NCBI RefSeq assembly: GCF_004010195.1
Contig: NC_057758.1
Coordinates: forward strand, 7,809,510-7,867,690
DNA from: Chiloscyllium plagiosum
Lineage: Eukaryota
Reading direction: 5' to 3'
DNA length: 58,181 nt
The notes under the pieces: model-generated
Database searches by the model: none
The model's input: the letters and a program-made list of their open reading frames with translations, nothing else
Told to the model about the DNA's origin: nothing
Part shown: piece after piece, positions 13,181 to 26,230 of the stretch
Position numbering within the stretch: position 1 is the stretch's first letter
How the letters are laid out: every line of letters begins with the position of its first letter
Translations under genes and position numbers: made by a program

Positions 13181-14284
13181 CCGATGAAACGCATGGAACT
13201 TTCACCCTATTTAGGTACTTGGGACATAGGGAGTGTCGGTCCATAACCATCAAGTCTGACTTCTCATTCGCTGCTACACATTAAACACATACCTTCTTCA
13301 CTCTCTCCTCATAGTACCACCATGTCAAGGTTTCGTCTGGTGAAATTCTTTTGCACCCTTTATAACAAGGAGATCATCATTTATAAAGCAGAGCAAATTT
13401 GTGTACAATATCCGAAACACCCTCTGCACTAAACCTTGGCATTGGTAAAGATATATCTCCTCTGGCACTTCAATCATTGTGCATGAAGAGCCGCATATCA
13501 TTTACTTCCTGCCCCGTAAGAATTCTGTTAGTGACTTATGATTAAGAACATCCAGGACCTCTTCAACAACAGAATCTCCGAAATGTGAATGTATATGATG
13601 ATATGTGTTGTTCAAATCACAATCATTTTCATATCTCACGAACAGCTATTGCCCAAACCCTGATCTCTCTGATACACAACAAGCCTTCAATCAAGAGAAA
13701 TACGTTACTCTCTTTTTACTATCCAGTATCCAACTTTAATCTGTGTGGTATATATTCCACCCCTTCCTAACCAAGGACTCTAACATTCTCCGCTCACCTG
13801 CATTCAACTATGTCAAACATCTTCTGAAAATTCAAATACTTCACTCCCACTGGTTCTCAAATATTCGATGCTACAAAGGACAACTTCCAAAAATTCCAGC
13901 AGTTTTATCAAAGATCATTTGCTGAAAGTAGGCCGACACCACCAAATCACGTCATTATTTTCCAAATGACGATTTGTCACATTCCTTAAAAAGTTGACAA
14001 TGTTTTTCTTTTCTCACAGCTGACATCAATCTGTCCACGTTTTAGTTTTCTGTTTCCTCTCCATCCTGTTGAAATATTTAGCTTCACATTAGCTTCTTTC
14101 CTGTCTGCAGGATCCTTGCCAGAACATAAACAGCATTGAAAAATAATCAGCAATTATTCCACTAGCTCTATGGCGATCTCATCAATATGCTGGGCTGTCG
14201 CTCACCAACTGCAGGAACTTACCAAATTCATTCATTTATATTTTCAAAAAAACATGCACTTTATTAATTCTAATTGAAAATAGA

Positions 14285-16317
14285 TCATAGAACACAGAGC
14301 AATACCGCGCAGAACAGGCCCTTCGGCCCTCAATGTGGCGCCGACCTGTGAACTATTCTCAGTTCGTCTCCATACACTATCCCAAAATCATCCATGTGTT
14401 TATCTAAGGATTGTTTAAATCTCCCTGATGTGGCTGAGTTTTCTACATTAGCAGGTAGGGCATTTCACGCCCTTACCACTCTCTGCGTAAAGAACCTGCC
14501 TCTGACATCTGTCTGAAATCTATCACCATTCAATTTCTAATTACGCCTCCTCGTACAAGCTGACATCATCATCCTCGGAAAAACACTTTCACTGTCCACC
14601 CTATCTCATCTTCTGATCATCTTGTTTGTCTCTATCAAATCCCTTCTGAGCCTTCTTCTTTCCAAAGAAAACAGATCCAAGTCACTTAGCCTTTCCTCAG
14701 AATACCTTCCCTCCAGACCAGGCCACATCCTGGTAAATCTCCTTTACACATTTTTACAGTGTTTCCACATCCTTCCTGAAATATGTGGATCAGGGCTGCA
14801 CATAAAATTCCAAGTTTGGACGCACCAGTGCGTTGGATATTTGCAACACGGTATTGCGGCTCCAGAACACAATCACTCCAGGAATGAAACCTAACACCCC
14901 GTATGTCTTCTTAGCAGCACTATCCACCTGGGTGGCAACATTTAGGGATCTCTGCACATGGACTCCAATATCTCTCTGCACATCCACAGTACCAAGAATC
15001 TTTCCATTGATCCAGCACTCTGCCTTCCTGTTATTCTTCTCAAAGTGCATCACCTTACATTTAGCTGCATTGAACTCCATTTTCCACCTCTCAGCCGAAC
15101 TCTGCAGTTTATCGAATTCCCCCTGAAACCCGTAACATTCTTCCAAACTGTCCACTACTCCACCGACTTCTGCTTCGTCTGCAAATCTGCTAATCCATCC
15201 ACCTATGTCTGCATCTAAGTCATTTATAAAAATGGCAAACAGCAGTGGTCCTTGTGGCACACCACTTGTAACAGGACTCTAGGCTGAATATTTTCGATCA
15301 ACCACCACTCACTGCCTTCTTTCAGAAAGCCAGTTTTTAATCCAAATTGCGAAATCACCCTCAATTCCATGCCTGTTCATTTCCGTTACGGCCTCCCATG
15401 TGGAACCTTATCAAAGTCTTTACTGAAGACTATATATATCACATCAAATGCCATACCTCGTCTACGTGCTTGGTCATCTTCTCAAAAACTCAATGGTGTT
15501 TGCGAGACACGACCTGCCCTTGGTGAAACCATTTTGACTATCTGAAATCAAATGGTTTCTTGCCAGATGATTATAAATCTCATCTCTTATACTCCTTTCC
15601 AAAACATTTCCTCCATCAGAAGTAAGGCTCACTGGTTTATAATTCCCTGGGTCATCTCTACTGCCCTTCCTGAAAAAGGTAACAACATTTGCAATCCTTC
15701 ATTCGTCTGGTGCTAAACCTGTAGACAACGATGAGTCAAATATCAAAGCCAAAGGCTCTGCTATCTCTTCCCTTGCTTCCCTTGGATAGATCTCATCCGG
15801 CCCAGGGAATTGTCGACTTTCACTCCTTCTAGAAATGATAACACCTGTTCGTAACAAACCTCGATCATTTCTAGTCAATATCTTATGCCTAATTCGTCTC
15901 TGTAATATTCTCATTTTCCTGAGTGAAAAACAATGAAAAATATTCGTTTAGCACCTCTTCCATCCCCATAGGGTCAACACTCAACGTCCCACTTCTATTT
16001 TGACTTGCCCGATTCCTACCCTAGTCATCCCTTTGTTCCTCACATACCTATTGAAAGCTGGAGGGTTCTCCTTTATTCTATTTGCTAAAGACTGCTCGCG
16101 TCCGCTCTTTGCTCATCTGAATTCTCTCTTTAAATCCTTCCTAGTTAATCTGTAACTCTCCATCGCCTCATCTGAGCCATCTTGCTTCATCAACACATAA
16201 GCCTCCTTCTTCTTCTTCTTAATAGGGATGCAATGTCTGTTGCAAACAAAGGTTCCCTTACCTTATCACTTCCTCCCTGCCTAACAGGGACATACCGGTC
16301 AAGGAAATGCAATATTT
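14285..16317 (-). mobile_element. CR1-type LINE, ORF2 3' portion, truncated by a gap
   Basis: ORF 14790-15260 GPLLFAIFINDLD...FADEAEVGG...WKMEFNAAKCKVMHF; (TTCTATG)-type tail at ~14285. Confidence 0.9.
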
Positions 16318-16817
16318 NNNNNNNNNNNNNNNNNNNNNNNNNNNNNNNNNNNNNNNNNNNNNNNNNNNNNNNNNNNNNNNNNNNNNNNNNNNNNNNNNNN
16401 NNNNNNNNNNNNNNNNNNNNNNNNNNNNNNNNNNNNNNNNNNNNNNNNNNNNNNNNNNNNNNNNNNNNNNNNNNNNNNNNNNNNNNNNNNNNNNNNNNNN
16501 NNNNNNNNNNNNNNNNNNNNNNNNNNNNNNNNNNNNNNNNNNNNNNNNNNNNNNNNNNNNNNNNNNNNNNNNNNNNNNNNNNNNNNNNNNNNNNNNNNNN
16601 NNNNNNNNNNNNNNNNNNNNNNNNNNNNNNNNNNNNNNNNNNNNNNNNNNNNNNNNNNNNNNNNNNNNNNNNNNNNNNNNNNNNNNNNNNNNNNNNNNNN
16701 NNNNNNNNNNNNNNNNNNNNNNNNNNNNNNNNNNNNNNNNNNNNNNNNNNNNNNNNNNNNNNNNNNNNNNNNNNNNNNNNNNNNNNNNNNNNNNNNNNNN
16801 NNNNNNNNNNNNNNNNN
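16318..16817. other. assembly gap (others at 32775-33274, 42959-43063, 44554-44861)
   Basis: N runs. Confidence 1.
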
Positions 16818-16834
16818 TGCCATAATATGTAAGA

Positions 16835-17200
16835 ATGGAAATAATTTGGAGCAAATGTTTTATTTCGGAATTACAGAACTTCTAGAGTGTTTATTGATGT
16901 GTCAGATTTCTGTAGTCCGAGCAAAACAAGAAAAGATGTTTGCGTTCAGCCTCTGGGAGAATGACTTGGCTTAGAAATGAATAAATCCTGGCAAACATGT
17001 TAAATTTTATTCATGAACATTACAACACAGTTAAATATTATCTTATGTAACCAACACTGGAGTGATAGATTTGCAAGTAACACCAACAGCTGCAAGTATA
17101 GGGTAAGACATACCCTCTATCTGTAGGATTACTGAATACTTGAAGTAGGCACTGACGTTGTGGACTCACTGATGTTTCCTGCCGAAAAATAGAAGTTTCT
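16835..17200 (+). pseudogene. possible degenerate Ig V-set domain relic
   Basis: NLEQ..GITE..CLLMCQISVV ... TVKY ... SDRFAS ... TLYL across frames; conserved Trp and second Cys not recoverable. Confidence 0.3.
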
Positions 17201-17919
17201 TCAATGCAAGCCACGTTTGTATTGAGAAACCGCTTCCGTGATATTGGTAATCTATTTGAGTGTCAAACTATTAAATTAGAGTAATCCGAACGAGCAGAAA
17301 ATCAAATGTATTGACTTCTAATCATGTTCAATGGTTCAGGCAAACCAGGTTATAAATTCTAGGTGTGCAGCATACAACGTAAATCAAACACTCAATTCAA
17401 ATTTGAGTATACGGTCACAAAATTAGGAAATCTCTTGCTGGAAAAGCCATTCAATCATTGCAAACACACGTGTAGAAGAGGAGTCAGCTAAATACTGGAT
17501 CTTACTATACGTATGTCTATCTTTACCTTTCTTCCAAATAGAGAAAGTAATCAAGAGACACGGAGTAAGAATTGATCAGTATGGAATGATTTGGATACAT
17601 TGCATGTGGTGGGCAGATTAACATGAGGAAGATAAAAATACATACAGTTTGAAAGGCATCAGGGATATGGTGATCAGAGATGTGCACTGAAACTTTAAGA
17701 TGATTTAACTACGGTTATCTGCTGAAAACTACACACTAAACCCCTGGAATTCACGTCAAGTCGAATAGCGTCAATTGAGGGAGGAAAGAAAACACTAATC
17801 ATTCCAGTGTAGAATTCTTTACTGAGGTATTTTTCAGGTGTTATTTCAGATTTCCAGTGTCCACCATAAGTTACTTTATGATTAATGTTTTGAACAGATT
17901 AAAAATGCAAACATTCCAT

Positions 17920-18325
17920 GTCAACCACATTCAAAAGCATCAATGTAAACATCATGGCATAGACAGAGAACACAGGGGGCTAACAACTTCTACATATTAT
18001 CTAGCTATCACCATTGTTAACAGGTAACCCGGGAATGCAACTTTTAAACAAAGGTTTTGTGATTTACACATGAAAGAAGTGAAATTATCACTGTATTCTA
18101 ACAGATGAAAGGCTTAATTTTTCAATGTACAATTTCAGTTACATCACACTGTAAATCTTTTGCTATCAATTCTGTGTTACGATCGAGGCCTCCACTATCA
18201 CCTGATAAAGGAGCGTACTTCCGAAAGCTAGTGTTCTTCCAATTAAACCTGTTGGACTATAACCTGGTGTGGTGTGATTTTTAATTTTGTACACCCCAGT
18301 CCAACACTGGCATCTCCAAATCATG
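17920..18325 (+). mobile_element. Penelope-like element 3' terminal repeat (related copy at 19720-20335)
   Basis: Shared terminus cacctgaNNaaggagc...ccgaaagcta...tataacctggtgt...tacaccccagtccaacac; degenerate hammerhead core. Confidence 0.6.
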
Positions 18326-18849
18326 AATATAATTATATATCTTCTCAAATAATTGATCAAAACTCTCCACAATATTCCAACGGCAGAATCACTGATGCCT
18401 TCTACAGGTTGCAGAAACACTCATTTCTTTTATAGCAGATTCATTTAAGAATAAATTGCAAATACCAATTTATTCCTTGCTTCGAGGTACTATCAATACT
18501 TAAACTAGTGTGAGATCCAGAGCTCAGTGGCTGAATTCTGTGCTGGAACAATTCTTCTATCTTTTGGATTCAATTCTCCGATTTCTGATAGAAGGGATAA
18601 CAGTTGGAAGATCAAAAAGGCTGATTTCAAAGTAAGAAGGTGACCCAGATAATCACAAGGAAGAGAGGATGGATAATGTCGGGAGTAGGCAATGATTAGT
18701 GTGCAGGTGACTGACAGAATTGTTCACCAGTGGAAGAATATTAATGAATAAAATGCGAAAATCACTATGATCCAACAGGAAAATACTGGTTTCAATTTAT
18801 TAGAGTGAAGAAATTTTTAACGAAATAAATGAATTTTGGACATGTTTCA

Positions 18850-19120
18850 CGGATGAAACAGCTTTCTGTTATGTCGCAATTAAGGGATTCAATGGACTGC
18901 TCATATACCTGCGAATAATGCAGTGGGAGAAAAATAATACTGGTATTAGATTTCTGAAAATAAGAAAAGTAAGAAGCAATAGACTGGAAAAGCATCAGTA
19001 AACCGAGGGTGAAGAGTTATGCCTTCGACGTTCTCCACTGAGTATCTCACATCTCCGGGCTGACGTCAGTCCTCAAGCTTTCTCTTTATAAGTTCAAAAC
19101 GTATTCTGTCAGTAATAATG
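18850..19120 (+). pseudogene. degenerate Ig C1-set domain relic
   Basis: ETA / FLLC / IKGF....IMQWEKNN ... LTSVLKLS..KTY / FCQ across frames. Confidence 0.4.
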
Positions 19121-19404
19121 ACATATTAATAAAAGCGTTTGTCTGCATCTTGTGTGGACCAAGTTGGCAGCTCATTAAGCAAGGAAAGCAGCAAGGAAAC
19201 GCATGTTTCACTCAGTCTTATTGATTTAACTCATGAAAGGAAAGGCAGACGGAATACGACTGAGAAAGAGAGACAGAGAGAGAGATACAGAGATAAATGA
19301 CTGAAGGAGGGAACATGACATTTGTGTCTGTCTTTTCAGGTACAAACAGACACCAAACGATACTATTCAGCTTCCATCCATGCATCACTTTCATTTACCG
19401 ATAT

Positions 19405-21065
19405 ACATAGAACATAGAACAGAACAGTACAATACAGGACAGACTCTTCGATCCTCGATAATGTGCCGAGATTTTATCCTCTTGAAGATCAAATTAATCT
19501 ACATTCCAAATCTTTTACTAACAACCACGCACCTATCCAAGAGTAACTTAAGTATCTGACTCTACTACCAACGTTGGCAGGGCATTCCATATACTCACCT
19601 TTTCCTGTGTTAATAACCTCACTCTGACATCTTCCTCCAAATCTTCCCCCAGTCTCGTTCAAATTGTGCCCCCGAGTGATAGCCTGGGGAAAGGTTTCTG
19701 GCTCGCCACTGTACCTATGCCTCTCACATGCACACCCGACACTCATAGCCACACACGTACATACACATACTATCTCACTGACACTCACACCCGCAACACA
19801 GACACACACCCACATGAACACACACGCATAAAACTTTGTGCAGTGAATTTGTGCTTCCAGAATTGCATATTATTTTGCTTAAAAACTACATGAATGATGC
19901 AAGATTCTGTTTTTTTTACGGAAATATAATCAGGCTGAAATCTGGGACATAGAAAGACAGACTTTAATCTTACACCTCCAATGCATTTTGTAAGCTGACA
20001 TCGCACCTGTCATTAAAGTTCACTTGAGAAAGTCACTTTAAAATAAAAGTTCTTAGATTTACATATGAAAGAACTGAAACCAACACGGGTTTTCCAAATG
20101 TTCAGAGACTTAACTAACAAAGAAGGAAATTTTCAATATATCATGTCAGTTGCATTACATTTAACTTTTTTACTGTAAATTATGCATCTTACGATCTTAT
20201 ACTCAACAACCACCTGACGAAGCAGCAGTGCTCGGAGAGCTAGCCCTTCCACAGAAATATAATGGAATATTGCCTGGAGTTGTATGATATACAACTTTGT
20301 ACACTCCAGTCGAAACCTGCCACCTCCAAATTACGTTTCTCGTTATCTGTATCCAACCACTTCTCCCCCTTCTTCAATGCGAAAAGTCCTATCTCCCTCA
20401 ACCTTTATTCAAAAGATAATCCCTCCAGTACATTCTGATAAATCTACAGTGCACCCTCTCTAATGCTTCCATATTTTTTCGAACCACTGAACACAAGCAT
20501 CCAAGTGTGGTCCAAACATGGTTTTATACAGCTGCAGCATAATTTTGCGGTTCTTAATCGAATTCCCCTGCTAACTAAAGCCAACACAACTTACATCTTC
20601 TAACTAACCCTTTAAACCTGGGTGGCAACTTTGAGGGATCTACGTGTGTGAATCTCAAGATAACTCTATTCCTCCACAATGACAAGAATGCTGCCTTTAC
20701 CTTTGTTATCTGCATTATAATTTCAACTTTCACAATGAATCACTTTGTGCTTTTTCAAGTTACACGCTGACTGCTACCTCTCAGCCCCGTTTTACATCCT
20801 GTCAATGTCCCGTTGCAACCCACAACAGCACTCCACATGTTCAGAACTGCAGTAACCTTTGTCTCATCGGCATACTTGTCTACCCACCCTTCCACTGCTA
20901 CATGCGAATTATTTATAAAAATCCCATAGAGCAAAATTCCCAGAACAGACCCCTGTGGAAAACCACTGGCCACCGATATACAGGCTGAATACTTCCCATC
21001 TATGACCATTGTCGTCTTCTATGGGCCAGCCAAATCGGTATCCAGGCAGCCAAATTTTCCTGTGA
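19405..21065 (-). mobile_element. CR1-type LINE fragment split by a Penelope-like insertion (19720-20335)
   Basis: GFPQGSVLG...YADETKV (ORF 20755); 3' tail catagaacatagaac at 19406. Confidence 0.75.
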
Positions 21066-22036
21066 TGGGTCGAGGTGGGATGTTTTTCAGTCAGTCGAGG
21101 TGGACACGATGGCCGAATCACCGACTTACACACTGAAGGGATTATGTAATTCTAGATATGCTTCCGTTGTTCATTGACAGATCACGTTACATAACACGAG
21201 ATATAGCATTCGAACTCCAAATCTCTGTGAATACCCGAAACACAATGCATTACTTCTGCCAACGTCTTCATGGCGGAGCCTTACGCCCTGGAAGCAGTTC
21301 ATTACAGGGCACAAGCACCAACCCCTAACATCACGTCTTAATTTCTGAAGGGTGATGAGACCCATTCAACTCTTCATCTCTGAAATCTGAATCGTGAAAG
21401 GGTGGTAGAATTAAGGAGTTCTGAGACTCAACAGCGACCATCAGGGGAGATAAACAGAAACAATGTGACAATTTGAATTAAATGTCAAAAATGTGCTGGG
21501 ACGAATTACCAGAATTCCCTGCCGAAGGATATTGAAAGCCAACGTGCAGCACCCAGAGTGCAACAATTCAAGAAGGCAGCTTCCTACCACTTTCACTAGA
21601 GGGCAAATAAGAACAGGCAATAAGTTCCAGTTAGCAATGTCCAAATTATTTAAGAATACTGACAGGGTCATTCAGGAGAGTTAATAGAAAGCACTTCTGC
21701 ACATAGAGAATAGTGGCGGTTAGGAAATCCCATCTTCAAATGGCAGCTGATGTTTATTCAATTGTTACAGTTAAATCTGAGATAGACACATTTTTTTTGA
21801 GCAAGGGATGTGGTCTCAAGACAGGCATATGGAGATATTCCACAGATTACACATGGTCTTCCGAGTAGCTGAGCAGATTCGAGGATCTAAACGGCTTCAT
21901 CGTGTTACTGATTTCCTATAAATAAATTATTTCGATCTTCTTTCGTTTTCTCATTACTCAGGCTGGTAACTTTGTTCGGTAAATCATGCAAACTTTAAGG
22001 AGATAGCTTTGAACTTCCGTTCCAATCACTCCCTAC

Positions 22037-22355
22037 CTCAGTTAGTGATGTAACTTTTACCAGAATTCAAACTGGTGCCAGTTATCATTATGTCTGTGAT
22101 GAAAAGCAGGGTAATCTTTGAAACCATAAAATGAACATCGGTGTTTCAGTTATGTCATTCTCCCTCTCACCACCACAGTGATGATGTTGGCGATACTGCT
22201 TTTGCTGCTTGGAAAGCTGGTGATGATGGACGTCCAGAAAAATTGCAAGTACCACAGTTAATCTTCCTTGCAGTGAATTAAACAACGTCTTGTGGGCAAA
22301 CGAGGCAAGCACTCTTTTGAACGTTGGCCACTATGCTCTTTGCTTTCTTCCAAGA
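22037..22355 (-). pseudogene. degenerate Ig V-set exon (TCR-gamma-V-like motifs)
   Basis: 319-nt interval between an ttttctgtag| acceptor and a |gtaggg donor. LEES / KSIVANVQKSA(C)LVC / FTARKIN / WYLQF / GRP / FQAAKAVS across frames. Candidate leader MDRLGFMIGVFLCESFI starts at 22518 (-). Confidence 0.45.
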
Positions 22356-22469
22356 CTACAGAAAACGGAACTAATGAAGTATTGATCTGAATGACCACAC
22401 ATGATTGACCATGTGTGTTCATTCAGATCAATACTTCATTAGTTCTGTTTTCTGTAGTCTTGGAAGAAA
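22344..22469. repeat. 60-bp inverted repeat (hairpin), 6-nt loop
   Basis: Arms at 22344-22403 and 22410-22469 with two mismatches. Confidence 0.93.
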
Positions 22470-24074
22470 TAAAACTTTCACACAGAAAGACGCCGATCAT
22501 AAATCCCAGTCTGTCCATAAATTGTACGCTTGCATTCTTTCTTATTGGAAATATTGATCGCCAAGCAGATGTGCAATTGATATGCGACAACTCAGAGAAA
22601 GTGGAATGTTGTGGGTCAATGTAGGTTTCTAATTCTACCTGCTACAAAGTTGTGTAATAACATCTCTGCAGCAAATGCATTCGCATACAATTCAACAGAG
22701 TTTTTAAAATATATGCATGGCTTTGCCGGACTTTAATTTCAAATGGATTGGATTATAAAATGCAAGAGGTTTCACTCAAGATAAACAAGACTGGTGTCAG
22801 CATAATTGGAATATTGTGAACAGTTTCGGGCACCGTTCCTGAAGAAAGGCAGACCACAGAAAGTTCTTTGAGCTGATGCCAGTGAGGGACGGACTGTCTT
22901 AGCAGGAGAGGTTCAGTCGGTTGGAAACCCGTTGGGGTTTCGAAGAATAAGAGGTGAGATTATTGAAGAAGAAACGACTGTTGTACACCTTTCCAGTTTA
23001 ACTGATGTGAGGTCTATTGATCGAATGTGAGAGTGTAGAACTAGAGGACCTCATCTCAGAATGAAGTGTTAACAATTTAAAACATTCTTGGGGAGAAGTT
23101 TCTTCTCTCGGATTGTTGCAAATCCAGGGAATTCTTTACCCCACAAAGCTGTCAAGGTTGAAAAATTCAAAGGAGTGACAGACACATGTTTCAAATAGTA
23201 AGGGAATCGGTGAAGTATTGGTAAAAGGCGGGAAATTGCAGTTGTTGGTGTAGCTGGTCTGATATCTGCAGTGGCTGCAGTATGAACGCCTTCACAATGG
23301 CTGCATTCCTCCAAGTTCTGTCTTCTTTGATCTATGCTGTATTATTAAAACTGTCTATATTTGCCGTGCGTCACGATGTCTGTTGCACAAGGAAATGCTT
23401 AACACTAACCTTTATGATAGGTCTGAAACAATCCCTCATTGATCAACCATCGAGCATATACGAATCATAGAATTATCCAGTTCAGAGCGCGACATTACAT
23501 CCATTGTCTCTGCCCTGGCTCCTGTAAAAGCTGCAAAGTTAGCACAATTCTCCACCTCAACCTTCACATTCCTCTCAATTCATCCCCTTAACATGAATAT
23601 CCAAATCTCTTTTGAAACCTTCTGTCGAATATGCCTCCACCTCTGTCCCAGGCAGTGTGTTCCATATCCCAAAAACTCTCTGAATAATGAAGTCACTAAG
23701 TTATGGACCAGGGGATCTGTTCACTTTTAAGCCAGCTGATGTTTCCGATTGATTCTTACTTCCGAAAGCAAACTGCTCAGAAGCTTTACAGTCCCTCTTC
23801 CTCAACATTTGCACACTGTGAACAAACTGATCAGTTCTCAATCGGATATATCTATAGCAGGTCAGAGCTGCAGCACTGCATGCATATCTGGTATTCACAA
23901 TCAATAATAGAAACCACTTCAAGCAATATGCACTGTTGCGACCCCAACGAAATGCCATTAGAAACGAGAGACTTCAATCTGGATTTTCTGGCTTTATGTC
24001 CCCCAGTGAGACCACAGGAGGATATCCCCGTGTGTGGAATGTTAACATTAAAGCATACTTTTTCTGTCTCCCAG

Positions 24075-24241
24075 ATCCAATCATTCCATGTGTTTTAGAG
24101 AGAAGTCACTGCAGTAAAGTACCATGTGATGAGACCATTTCAGTTCGGACCGATGGGGCATGCCCACACTTCCAAGTGTGCTGCATGCCTTTCTTGCCAG
24201 CGATGAAGAAAAGGGAACATGCACCTCTGGAAAGCATTTGA
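24075..24241 (+). CDS. beta-defensin-like peptide, terminal (mature-peptide) coding exon, copy A
   Basis: Polypyrimidine acceptor tttttctgtctcccag|AT (phase 1). Open frame (D)PIIPCVLERSHCSKVPCDETISVRTDGACPHFQVCCMPFLPAMKKREHAPLESI*. Cys spacing C-x6-C-x4-C-x11-C-x5-CC with GxC before Cys4. AATAAA at 24338-24343. Signal-peptide exon not securely located. Confidence 0.75.
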
Positions 24242-24337
24242 TTTTCCGAATGGAGAGATCTGTCATCTCAGCAATTCCATCTTCATTTCATGGTCTCAAT
24301 ACAATGAGCTCTGGCGCACTGCTTTCTCAGACACATG

Positions 24338-24343
24338 AATAAA
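24338..24343 (+). terminator. polyadenylation signal of defensin-like gene A
   Basis: AATAAA about 100 nt after the stop codon at 24241. Confidence 0.5.
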
Positions 24344-24489
24344 ATTAACTGACACCAACAAACATAAATTGTCCAAGCTTTATTTCCTATTCAGATCATA
24401 CTTATAACATAATGACAGGGACGAGGGCAACGGTCACAGAATAGGCAGGATACCGGGGTGACATTGTCTTTGTTGCTGTGAAAGCCTTT

Positions 24490-24820
24490 GATTAGATTAG
24501 ATCACAGTGTGGAAACAGGCCCTTCGGCCGAACAAGTCCACACCGACCCACCGAAGCGCAACCCACCCATACCCCTACATTTACCCTATACCGAACACTA
24601 CGGGCAATTTAGCATGGCCAATTCACCTGACCTGCAAATCTTTGGACTGTGGGAGGAAACCGGAGCACCCGGAGGAAACCCACACAGACACGGGGAGAAC
24701 GTGCAAACTCCACACAGTCAGTCGCCTGAGGCGGGAATTGAACCCGGGTCTCTGGCGCTGTGAGGCAACAGTGCTAACCACTGTGCCACCGTGCCGCCCA
24801 CTGTGCCACCGTGCCGCCCA
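24490..24820 (-). mobile_element. HE1-type SINE with a duplicated 5' end
   Basis: Near-consensus copy; ccactgtgccaccgtgccgcc occurs twice in tandem at 24778-24819. Confidence 0.93.
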
Positions 24821-25936
24821 CCTTGGTTACATGGCAGTTGGAAGACCATTTTTAGACCGCATCACCACAGTGTAGGAATGGTATGGAGGCTCTGGGGAGG
24901 CTCCAAAAGGATACGAGATGATTAACTGCAAGAAGTGAATGCAAAACCTTGGATGGTTTCTGCTAGACTATGATAGTAGAAGGGACGAAGTGTCAAAAGC
25001 ACAAAAAATGATGCAAGGATAGATTATCCAGGTGGAGCTTTTTTATCCCCAGGGCGGGTATGTCAAATATAGGTAGACATATATTTAAGGTGAAGGAAAT
25101 ACATGTGGAATCATATGAGGAATGTTTTTTACAGCGAGGGATGTAGGCGTCGGGACCACGCTGCCAGGAGAGGTGGCTGAACTGGATATCGAAGCAAAGC
25201 TTAAAATTAGATGTGCAAATGAACGAATAGAGTATGAGGGATACAAGCAACGTGCAGGCAGATAGAATTAGTTTAATATATTAGCATCGTGGGCAGAACC
25301 AGCCGTTCCTGTACAGTAAAGTTCTATATTCTGTGGATCAGTTTAGCAACAAAGGAAAGCAAGACCTGCTCGGGTTGTTTTGCTTTGAAGCAGAAAAGAT
25401 AGAGGGATGAACTGTTTGTGGTGTGCACTATTACCAAGGCTACGGACAGAGTGATCATTGAGCAGTTGTTCCGTTATATCAACAGGTCAATTACCAGGTG
25501 GTATAATTTGAAATTGAAAGGAAAATGGTTGAAGGGGAGTTAAGGAGAAAACTTTTCACAGGGAGGATTGTGGGGTTTGGAATTATTTGGCTGGGAGGTT
25601 ACTTAAGCTGGGAAACATCACAATCCTTGAAAAGCTCTTGCATGAGCCACATGACGTGTCCAAACATTAAAGTGTATGCGCTAAGTTTTTGAATGTGTCA
25701 AGTATATATTTTGAGTAACATTTCACGGTGTGGACTCAATGAGCTGAAGTGCCTCACCTACTTTTTCTGATTCTATGATTCTCTGCTCGAACACACACAA
25801 ACCACCGCCCGCAGATAAAGTCACTGAATAATTATACACCCTTCCTGTGGGGCAGGGATGGGAGGTGTGATGTTTCACTCAGAGGGGAGTGACGCATCAC
25901 CCTGTTGCATCACACGGACAATGATCGTTTACTCAC

Positions 25937-26230
25937 GTCTGACCGCATAGACTGGAATGGAAATTGGGAGCCAGAGTTGCACGAAGCTCGAGACAAAATT
26001 GATCTTGCATGCAGACCAACCACCAAGAAACCATCAGTTGTATCAATTCTATCTACATTGTGCAAACAGGGAGGGAAGTTTCCACCAGGGTTGGCTTGCA
26101 ACAGGAGATGAAGTAAACTTTGAATGGGCAGTACACACAGTAAGAATGTTCATAGTCCATCCGCAGGTATCGGTAAGAGAGGCGGGCAGACGTTCTCCGT
26201 GGAGTCATTCAAACACAGAAAATATGACCA
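25937..26230 (-). pseudogene. degenerate Ig C1-set exon relic
   Basis: ILTVCTA..F....PWWK / GNFPPCLHNVD..DTTDGFLVV; ends at a |gtgagt donor. Confidence 0.35.

Noticed and set aside
16182..16854. Long ORFs at 16.2, 32.4-33.3, 42.9 and 44.5 kb
   Set aside because: Artefacts of N runs
18909..18953. 45-nt minus-strand exon candidate (ttttcag|...CAG|gtatat)
   Set aside because: No recognisable peptide or partner exons; overlaps the + strand C1-like relic
22150..22262. + strand TTVMMLAILLLLLGKLVMMDV resembling a TCR transmembrane segment or signal peptide
   Set aside because: It overlaps the antisense V-like exon, which has both splice sites and the right length. No convincing splice context on +. 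Cannot be fully excluded.
23703..24074. V-domain reading (HIWYSQ, GFSG, AYFFC) and a C1 start at 24160 (PTLPSV..SDEE)
   Set aside because: AYFFC is simply the translated polypyrimidine tract, and 24075-24241 is much better explained as a defensin exon. This also illustrates the false-positive risk in the other Ig motif readings.
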